DNA from: Octopus vulgaris
Taxonomy: Eukaryota
Length of the DNA: 64,000 bases
Assembly (NCBI GenBank): GCA_951406725.2
Contig: OX597815.1
Location: forward strand, 99,014,001-99,078,000
Reading direction: 5' to 3'
The notes below the pieces were generated by a model. That model had not been told where the DNA came from. It saw only the letters and a program-made list of their open reading frames with translations, and searched no databases. Positions 53,449 through 64,000 of this stretch are shown piece by piece. A program made the translations under genes and the position numbers. Position 1 is the stretch's first letter; every line of letters begins with the position of its first letter.

Positions 53449-53781
53449 TAATAATATGATAGGGGGGTGATGATGATGATGATGATGGTGGTGGTGGGGT
53501 AGTGGTGGTGCTGGTGCTGATGGTGATGGTGGTGCTGCTGCTGCTACTGCTGCTGCTGATGATGATGATGAGGAGGAGGAGGAGGAGGAGGAATGGGAGT
53601 CGGGTAATGAAGTGCTGTGCAAAGCAAACATGTTAAATATGCATTACAAGGAAATCTCGATAAATGTGCTTGCATATGTCACTATGAAACCGCTTATGAT
53701 TAAGTATATACCAAAAATATGGAAATATCAACCACCTGCCCTGGGTTTAGTCCCTCTGCATCGCACTTCGGGCAAGTGTCT

Positions 53782-53830
<49 letters not shown>

Positions 53831-53881
53831 ATATATATATGTACATACATATATATATATATATATATATTTATATGTATG

Positions 53882-53915
<34 letters not shown>

Positions 53916-53946
53916 TGTATGTATGTATGCATGCATGTATATATGC

Positions 53947-53981
<35 letters not shown>

Positions 53982-54008
53982 TGTATGTATGTGTGTGTAT
54001 GTGTGTGT

Positions 54009-54049
<41 letters not shown>

Positions 54050-55036
54050 AACACCACTTGACAACTGGTGTCGATGTGCTTACCTCCCCATAACGTCGCT
54101 GTTCAAAATAAAGATACCAAAACGAAAAATTCTTCAAAACGGTGCCCCAGCATGGCCATGAAATATTAGCTGAAGCAAGTAAAATATAAATGATAAAAGA
54201 CATTTGCATATGCAATAAACGACAGATGTATATTTTTGGTAGATGTGTACAAATGCGCATTTAGTAATGCATAACATATCGTTGAATGTCAAAAGGTACT
54301 TAAAAGCGTGTCATTTTTTTAAATGGTTTTAATCTAAAAATACAATTTTACCATGCACCCATTAATTAAAATATAAATGTATAAATACTAACTTTAAAAG
54401 TATATTAGCACACTTAAAGGCATAATGTATATATACGTATGTATATTTGTTCATACATAAATATATATGCGTGTTTATTTGTGAGTGTATGTATATATGT
54501 ATGTATATATATTTACCCATGTACATATATGTACATATGTTTCTGTGTCTATAGTTGTCAGTATGAATGTGCAACTAGAAAAAGTATGGCTTAAATCAGG
54601 AAACAAGCTCAGAGTGTGTATACAAATCCGCTGTAAATCTGCTCAAAACTAGATTATACTATTGATAAACTGTTATAATTACCTGTTTATTGTATGTGTA
54701 TAGAATATGTTTCAGTAACAGAGGTGCTTTTGTCATTTTGGTGACACAAATATTTAATCTTGATGTTTTAAATACAATGACAAGTGCAACTGTACTATTG
54801 TTTAAAATATTACAAATCTGTTTAGCTTTACGAGATTATCTAAATCTATCTCACCTCCTCCACAACAGATTAATAAATGCGGTGGACGAGGGGAGAATTA
54901 GATATTTAGACAATTCTTCCACTCAAATTAATGTCATGAACAATGTAATCTTTTCTTCCGGGTTTAAATTCGACAAACTTAATTTAAACTGTATGTCTAT
55001 ACCTATATATATATGTATATGTATATATGCATATAT

Positions 55037-55099
<63 letters not shown>

Positions 55100-55303
55100 G
55101 TATGAGTGTTTGTATATATTTATGTACATATATATAGTATTATATGGAATATGAGGGGCCTAGTTCACTGCTGGTGATCTAACTGAATAGGTACGCTGGG
55201 TAAGTGCTTTAATTGGACATCCCTTAGGTTCCAAGTTCACAGCTGAGGCTGAAGCCAGGGATCCGTATTAGGCTTCCGTATTAGCAGGTGTATATTATAT
55301 TTT

Positions 55304-55491
55304 TATTTCTTTATTGCCCACAAGGGACTAAACATAGAAGGGAGAAACAAGGACGGACAAAAGGATTAAGCCGATTAGATCGACCCCGATAGGATGAAAG
55401 GCAAAGAATTTGAACTCAGAACGTCACGGAAGACGAAATACCATTAAGCATTTCGCCCAGCGTGCTAACGTTTGTGCCAGCTCGCCGCCTT
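55304..55491 (-). mobile_element. SINE family 3 with internal deletions
   Basis: Matches 50894-51119. Confidence 0.85.
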
Positions 55492-56235
55492 CCATATTAT
55501 ATTAGAGGATAAATGAACAACGAAAAGCAATGTAGGACAAGCATTTGTTAGAGGAGAGTTGCGGGATTCACTGTTGTTTATCAGCTTGAATTTCGATCGA
55601 GTGTTATACCGGCGAGCGCATGACAGACGAGAGCGTCTCACCCGAGGTCCTTTTAGCGGGAGTTTTAGTTTCTGTATCTGTAGTGGGAGCGTTATTGTGT
55701 CTAGTAGTTTAGAGATAATAAAGGATGATAAAGAAAAAACAAAGGAAAAATGAACGATTACAAACGGTGCCTTTAAACGTTCAAATGGTACTGCTTGAGA
55801 GTGGGACTCATACAGCCATTTCATTTTCATAACATATATCACATCTTCATTTTCATTCGTTTTACGTTTTTTCTTCCCACTGCGGTGTTCTGTCTGTCCT
55901 TGTGCTGCCCCTCTATGTAATGGCCGTAGTGCCAAAATAAAGAAAGAGTACGTAGTAGGCGGTGAAGGATAGACATGTCCTTACTGGTTTTACTAAGTAT
56001 GCTGTATACCGAAGTGGGCGTTCTATCAAACCAACATTTTGAGGATTATAACAATTTGTAAGTATAGATAAATAGCTTTTGATAAAAAGAAAATTATTGA
56101 GGAAATGAATGGATGGACAGGGAGGGATCGAGTTACATTGGGTTTAAAACAAAGGAATGGTGCTAGAAAAAGGAAAAAAAAATATATATATGTGTGTATT
56201 TGTGGATATATACGAGTGTATATATATGTATATGC

Positions 56236-56297
<62 letters not shown>

Positions 56298-56332
56298 GCA
56301 TATACATATATATACACTCGTATATATCCACA

Positions 56333-56381
<49 letters not shown>

Positions 56382-56454
56382 AACTTACTTGGAAATGGAT
56401 GCGTGGCGCTTACTCAAATAATAATATGAATAATAAATATACATATATATATGC

Positions 56455-56485
<31 letters not shown>

Positions 56486-56509
56486 AATCTACATATATAT
56501 ATGCATATA

Positions 56510-56557
<48 letters not shown>

Positions 56558-56924
56558 TATGTAAGCCCGGTTTCACCCGGTCTGTTTGGATGATGTGGCT
56601 GTGATCGTTTTCAGTTAGGCCTAATCTATAACAGCATTTCTCAACCTTATCATTTTGGATGCATTTCGATTGGAGCCTCCTGATGTATGAACATTTCTTG
56701 ACTCCTCCAACCTTATCAGAAAACAGCTTCAGGAGTTAGGAAGAACAAATTTGTACGTAGTCTGTTTCTGAGAGCTATTCTATTGGACTTCTGTCTAATC
56801 ATTAAAACATTGATTCGATTATTAACATAGAGAGAAATTATACATTAATCTTTATTTTTAAGCAGTTGTATTCATAAAAAATTTTATTTGCAAAGCACAA
56901 ATTGAAAGAAGATATATGGAATGG

Positions 56925-57008
<84 letters not shown>

Positions 57009-60000
57009 GTGTGTGAGCGTGTGTGCATGCCCCTGCTGTGTGAGCAACTAATTGTTTTAATGGCGGAACAAACAGGGGAATTCCATTAGAAAAATGTTAA
57101 TCGAATTTCTCGGTAGCTATGGGAGCTAGGAATAAAATATAAACCGCATTCCAATCTATGCATCAGTGTCCACATGTGTGCTATTTTTCACACAAATCCA
57201 CCCAGCTATTTGACTGTGAACCTCAAGACAAGAGAGAATATAACGATCGCTCATGTCCAATTTATATTATATATATACATACATATATGGATACAGGACG
57301 TCAGCAACTATAAACAACATGAATTACGAAAACAAATAATTCCAATATGCAAACAACGAGAAAAACAAATGGAAAACAGGAAAGTAAGATAAAGAACGAC
57401 CCTTCATTAGTTGTCGGCTGTCTATCTACTCCTCATTTCGAGCGTACAACAACAATATGAGTCTACGAAGACAGTTGCTCCCATAAGTACCAAAATAAAA
57501 TTTTGGATTCATGGAGGGTCAAAGTTGGGAACAAAAACAGGACATTGGAGACATACAAGGAAACCGAACGAAAACAAATATAGGGGTTGTTACAACAGAA
57601 CTAGGGTAAAATAGCGAACGCTGGAGAAATATTTTCTTTGAAAAGGAAAAAGATAGGAGGGAGAGGTAGAATTCGTCCAGTCCTTAGGACAGTCCTGAAG
57701 GAAAAGTAAGATGATAACGTTAGGAAAAGAAAGATGGATGATGATCACGTGTGAGCAACGAGAAAGAGAAAAGAGAAAGGGAAAGAGAGAGACAGATTGA
57801 AAACGTTGAAGGGGTGAAAAAGATGAGTGAGAAAACAGTACACAGTAGAGTCTTAGAAATTTTTGTAGGTTCCGCGCTACGTCCGTGGCAATGTGACAAT
57901 GTTTGGCGTCGTAAGTTAAGGGTGACATGGTTGACTGAACAAATCCAAATAATCAATGCTCTGAATGTTTTCTGTCAAGTTTTTGTAGAAAATAAACACG
58001 TGAATCATAAAAAGAGGCCAAACATCAAACACTAGTCAGAAGCAAGACAGCTGCGATATAAGCCACGTCTCTCTATTGGAACCTTTGGAAAATCAGTGTA
58101 AACTGGGAAACCGGTTAAGGCTTCAAATATTTTACTAAAAAATATTTTAACTATTCTCAGTGTATTTTCAAATTCACTTTTTTCTATATTTTTACCTGTG
58201 TGGAATAAAATATCCTTGGTATCTATATAAATATATATATCTTCCACCATAAATTATATATATACATATATATGGGTATATGCATACACCTGTGTGTATG
58301 TGTGTGTGCGTCTGTGTTTGTATATGTATGTGTGAGTATATGTATGGATGTATGAATGTATATATAGGCGTAGGTGCGTGCGATTCACTCTCAACGATAT
58401 AGATGTGGAGCGAGTCGGACTATCTGCGAGCTGCCCTAGTCTTGAGGTGACTGTGATGACAGGTTTCCGATGATGCTGTCTTCCAACCATAAATTATGCG
58501 AACTACGGCCGAAATCGACCATATGGGCAGGTGGGCCAATGCCCCTCGTGTACGAATGTGTTGTGTGCGTAGGTGTGTATACGCATCCCGACCTAAGCTA
58601 ACTAGCTAGCTAAACAACCTTTCACCATATAGACATTCTTCCCTTCCTGTTTCTAGTACCATTTTTTAAATCCCAATGTTACTTAATCCATCCTTGTTCA
58701 TCCACTCACTTCCCCAGCAATTTTTATTTACAACTGATTGCAAACCTTAGTATAGAAAGATAATAATGACTGAACATTGTAGCAATGTTGCATTCCCTAA
58801 ACAGACGGGTATATAACAACACGATAGCCAAATCTCAGGATCTTTAGCAGGACAGAACTTTATGAATGGATGTTTCTGCTGAGACCCAGACTGCAAAATG
58901 GATGCAACACAGCTTGTTGACAGGAGTCCCACCCACAAGGGACAGTAGCAGGATGGATCGAAACGACCGTTGTACAAAGTAAAGATTAATACCAAATCCA
59001 TCTTCTGTTTACTTAAGAAATTATATAAGTATGTATGTATATATGTATGTATGTATTATGTACGTATGTATATATGTATGTATGTATGTACTATGTATGT
59101 ATGTATATATGTATGTATGTAAGTATGTATATATGTATGTATGTATAAGTGCATGCATATATAAACCCTAACTTTTTTCCACGTACAATTTCTCAACTCC
59201 CTTTTTTCTCTATCATCTCTTTTCTTTTTATAGTAGGACTAACCTTCAAAAGGTCAAGGTATTCGATATTCATTTCAAATACCTTTTTCTAGAGCTATTT
59301 TAAGACATTATTAATCGTATTTTTTAATTAATATGTTATTTGATTGAGATTTAGCTGCTATATGTAACAGGCTGCAAGAACATCTATTATATGGCCTATT
59401 CACTTTGTTTGAAATGTTTGTATGTCTATATGTCAGCTTGTGTGTGTGGAAGTGTGTTGTTTTAAAAGTTCGCGTCACTATTTTGCGCTTTTGCTATTTG
59501 CTTTTTACTTATATAATTCATGCATATTTATATAAGTGTGTGAACGGGTGTTAACGTGTAAAACATTCATATATTTCTGAGAATGCGTGCGTTTGTTTCT
59601 TTACATTTAAACAAAAAATCTATCATATCGTTTACTTTTAAATCATTATATATATATAATTGTAATTTTAAAAAGAGTTATATATGTTTTTTATTGAAAT
59701 TCAAATATATTTCTTTTATTTTCTTGCCTATCTAAAAGATTATTTCATATAAGTTTTGAAATTCATGACAAAAATCTGTTGGCTCTGGCTACAGATTTGA
59801 ATTGCATTGTAATATACATTATTTTATTAGTTATGATCTTCTTATAATCTAATTGGTAATTATTTATGTTATCACGTATAATAGGAATATTTTTTCATTA
59901 AGCAGTTATATTGATATTTATGTCTGGGAAAATCATGATAAAAAATTTTTATGCGAGAATAGTTTTTATGGATATGTTTACGCGGGTGTATGTGCGTGAG

Positions 60001-60701
60001 TAACGTGTGAAATGCATCTGATTTTGTGTATATAGATACATATCTTTCTTTAAATTCTTCTAATTTATCATATTTAATTATTTTTACATTATTTATAATT
60101 AATTGTATTTTAAACATGATTTTTATAATAATTCATTTTTATTTTCTTCGTTTTGCCTGACTAAAAATTATTTTATATCACTTTTAAAATTCTGCATGAT
60201 GTTAATTGTTTTTATTTGTTTTTATTTTTATGTTATGGGTTTCTTTATATAAATTTCAGTAATTTTTGTGTATATTGTAGCATAGTTTATTTTCATAGTT
60301 ATGATTTTATTAATATACAATATTTCTCTAATTTTCAATTCTTTACTTTATTACATATATTATAATTCATGATTTTCTTTAGACGTCTCTGCTGATATTT
60401 ATAGCGGCAAAAATGAAAGATTATCATTATTTACTTTTGGAATTCTAAATCATTTTTATAGATTACTTTATAAAAATTTGTGCATTCTTCTTTATTAATC
60501 GTGATTAAATCACTTCAATATCTTAAATTTTATGTTTAACTTTCATAATATGCTTAAGATTTTCTTTCGTGGTTAACAGATAAATTTCAAAACTTCTATA
60601 CATAAAATCATAGGCGTTTAACATACCTGCAGTCCAGGTAACAATATAATTTCTCCATTTTGCATCTCTCTGCTTTTCTTTCATTCCTTCTCTTTGTTGC
60701 C

Positions 60702-60754
<53 letters not shown>

Positions 60755-60764
60755 CCACTATCAG

Positions 60765-61350
60765 ATGAAGACTAAATCTCAGGAACATTATTTTCTACTC
60801 TCCGCTCAAGAGTGGTGCAAATCTGTTGACTTTTTTAAATCAAAATAACTAAGGGAGTTGTTCTTTGCATGAGGAACAGATCCGTTTCTCAAGGTATAGA
60901 CATAGCTTTGAGTGAACATATAGAAAGATGTGCAGAGAATCTCCAGTCAAATTTCAGTTTCCCTATCTACTAGTTCAAACAAACAATTTCTGTTCAAGAA
61001 ATTTGTTATCGAAAAATACAGAGCACGCCTAAATATGAACGCATACCCAACTTTGGTTTCAGTATATATTTTAATTCCTGATCACATAGATTTTTCTACT
61101 TGTTGATTCATTCAGAAACTTTCAACCAAGAACATAGTCTAAACGCTTCCTAAGAAAATACGAAATCACAATAATTTCAATGTCATTATTAGCGAACGAG
61201 AAACCGGTCGACAACCACAATACTCTTTCATTTAAATTATATAAAAACTATGTAAACTGTGTGCATTTTCCTTCTTTTATTATATATTTTTTATTGCATT
61301 TACAACTCAACACGAAAGGATAATTGAAATTCTCTACCACCATTTTTGTA
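60765..61350 (+). mobile_element. Penelope-like element 3' remnant (GIY-YIG endonuclease end + hammerhead 3' half)
   Basis: TKSQ/NIIFY...LHEEQIRFSRYRH/ALSEHIERCAENLQSNFSFPIY.../VIEKYRARLN resembles PLE endonuclease C-termini; GAAA-CCGG-TC at 61200-61209. Confidence 0.6.
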
Positions 61351-61368
61351 CTGTATAAATATATATAT

Positions 61369-61413
<45 letters not shown>

Positions 61414-61483
61414 CACATACATACATATATACATATATGTGTGTGTATGTGAATGTATGTATGTATGTATATATGTATGTATT

Positions 61484-61928
61484 ATTCACTTATCACAAAT
61501 TGTGGCTGACGGTGCTGGGTAGCATTGTAAGAAATAAGGGTTGAAATCTCTTAGACCTGCAAATGAGCACCTCTATGCACTGACAGGCAACATAACTGCT
61601 CCACAACAAGCGAGATCACCATACTAGTCTATTTTCGTTTAAAATTGATAGTTTTCTAATTTTCACAATACCAGTTTGCTGAACCAGCCATTGATTCATA
61701 TAGCAAGTACTGTATACTGAGAGTCGGGATTTAGCCTTAGCATCCAGTAATAGCTTTAATTTTAAGCGAAACTAGACTAGTATGATTATCTTGCTCGCTG
61801 TGGAACGCTTATCTCCCCTGCCAGTGCATAGACATGTGCTTCTTTGCGGCTCTAAGGGATTTTAACTTTTATTTCTAGCAATGTTGGCGATACCCTGCAC
61901 CGTCAGTCACAATTAGTGACAATTGAAT
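61484..61928. mobile_element. ~445-bp MITE-like element with ~165-bp imperfect inverted arms
   Basis: attcacttatcacaaattgtggctgacggtgctgggta...ctatgcactg...catactagtcta pairs with tagactagtatg...cagtgcatag...taccctgcaccgtcagtcacaattagtgacaattgaat; no TSD recognised. Confidence 0.8.
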
Positions 61929-62087
61929 TTTTCCCTTTCCGTTTTTTTATTGCGGATAGCCGCCTTCATTATTCTATGTATGTATGTCTGTATGTATGTA
62001 TGTATGTATGTATGTATGTATGTATGTATGTATCTATGTATGTATGTATGTATTATGTATGTATACATGTATGTGTGTATGTGTGAA

Positions 62088-62423
62088 GGCGCATGGCTCA
62101 GTGGTTTGAGCGTCGAGCTAACAATTATGAGGTTGTGAGTTCGATTCCCGGACTAGTTTGCGTGTTGTGTTGTAGAGCAAGACACTTTATTTCACGTTTA
62201 TTTCCAGTTAACTCAGCTGTAGAAATGAGTTGCGATGTCACTGGTGCCAAACTGTATCGGCCTTTGTCTTTCTCTTGGATAACATCGGTGGCGTGGAGAG
62301 GGGAGGTCGTTATGCATCGGCGACTGCTGACCTTCCATAAACAACCTTGCCCAGACTTGTGCCCCGGAGGGTAACTTTCTAGGTGCAATCCCATGGTCAT
62401 TCATGACCGAAGGGGGTCTCTCC
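62088..62423 (+). mobile_element. tRNA-derived SINE, head A + CORE-like segment + tail Z
   Basis: A box tggctcagtgg, B box gagttcgattcc and gagcaagacactttatttcacg core. The 3' part (gtcactggtgccaa...catggtcattcatgaccgaaggg) is unlike tail X. Confidence 0.85.
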
Positions 62424-62476
62424 AATGTATGTATGTATGTATGTATCTATGTATGTATGTATGTATGTATGTATGT

Positions 62477-62603
<127 letters not shown>

Positions 62604-63405
62604 ACGACTAGGAAGAAAATAGCACATGTTCAAGAGTACAGTTTTAAGAACTGCGGGAGAGATTAGTTAAAATATTGCAAGATACACTGCATAAAGAGAA
62701 GCTCTCACCCCGAAAGGCCTTTAGTATTGGTCTTCTTGATCAAAGCTAGCCAATGACTAACCAACGAGAAAAATACTACGACAACAACAACAACAAGGGC
62801 ACCAACAGCAGTGACATCAACTGCAACATCAACTCAGTTGAAGCTAGTGGAAAAACAAATTCATATCACCTAAGTAAATAGAAAAAGCTTAAGAAATATA
62901 CTTTGTGTTCAGATCACAGAGTCACTTTTCTACTTCTACACGGTCGTTACATCTATAACTCTATTGATACTTACTGCACAATGTTTTGAACGTGTCGTCT
63001 AACAGCTCTGACAATATTTCTATCACTTCTGTTGATTATAAACCTGATAACCCACATTCATATCCCAAATATTCTATTTCACATAGTATTCACACAAGAA
63101 CTGTCATCTAACTCCCGCAATTTCTCCGACGCCGTCGCCTGTGTGAGAAAGACTTTGATTTTCATGCCAAATCCAATGAAAAGCTCAATTCCTTCCTTGC
63201 AGAGTTATATTCTCCATCGCTTTTCGTATAATTACATACACACACAGACATACACACACACATACAAACACACACGCACACATATACATACAAACACACA
63301 CACATATAGATAGATAGAAATATGTATTTATATACACATACATAAATGTGTGTGTATATATAAATATATGTGTGTATATATACATTTATGTGTGTATGTA
63401 TGTGC

Positions 63406-63464
<59 letters not shown>

Positions 63465-64000
63465 TATATGTATGTATGTATGTATGTGTATGTATATGCC
63501 ATATATAATTTTTGTGTGCAATTTTACATAAATACATTAAAATTCATGTATATGTCCATGTGTATGAGAATGTGTGAGTGTATAGATGTATGACATTATC
63601 AATTCATATTCATTTTAGCTCACAGTTGAAATACACAAGTAGATTAATAAATTGAATTGAAAATCTCTTCTTTTTTATCATTATGACCCAATTCATGTGA
63701 AACCTTTAATAACATTTACCGATATTTACGTCAGAAAAAATATTGCTATCATAAATATCTTCTTTATATCAGACAATGTTGCTAGATGAATAGTATTATC
63801 ATCTCTTACGGGCAACGGATAAATAATGTTACTTATGGACTTGATATTTGAAACACACGCTTCTATACTTTGCTTTGGAGCTTCAATCGCATATAAATAT
63901 TTTTACGTTCTCTTCCACATCTAACGTTCGTTACATGCATATACATAAACACATACAGACATGAATACATGCATTTATGTATGTATATGTGTGTGTATGT

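Noticed and set aside
55465-55935. 156-aa non-microsatellite ORF
   Set aside because: No recognisable domain, it has a non-ATG start, and it ends inside a SINE.
56675-56737. CTGATGT...GAAA-acagct-TC hammerhead-like motif
   Set aside because: Stem I would have to use core bases and stem III is out of register.
58747-59001. Possible Gypsy gag N-terminus (FCPAKDPEIWL)
   Set aside because: Only one short motif resembles it; there is no LTR, PBS or pol sequence nearby.

Overview
AT-rich, microsatellite-saturated eukaryotic DNA. The tRNA-derived SINE families and the (TA)n/(CA)n/(AAT)n/(TAGA)n density point to an octopus-like cephalopod genome (inference from recalled repeat families, not a database result). 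I found no supportable host protein-coding gene. Almost all ORFs in the track are translated microsatellites, and the rest are decayed transposon ORFs. Mobile elements: two full-length but disrupted mariner elements with TIRs and TA target duplications, a mariner 5' fragment and a mariner MITE, a truncated hAT (ZBED1-like) element, a tandem Helitron remnant, and non-LTR remnants (L1/Tx1, R4/Dong, RTE, CR1/L2, Penelope-like). About 20 SINE copies are built from interchangeable head, core and tail modules. The least expected signal is a dispersed set of type I hammerhead-ribozyme-like motifs. Some sit at Penelope-like ORF ends, some in short TA-flanked elements, and two carry the same non-canonical core change (A6 to U). 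Several local fold-back palindromes also occur, two of them beside or containing hammerhead sequence. All motif calls were made by eye, and decayed-element boundaries are approximate.
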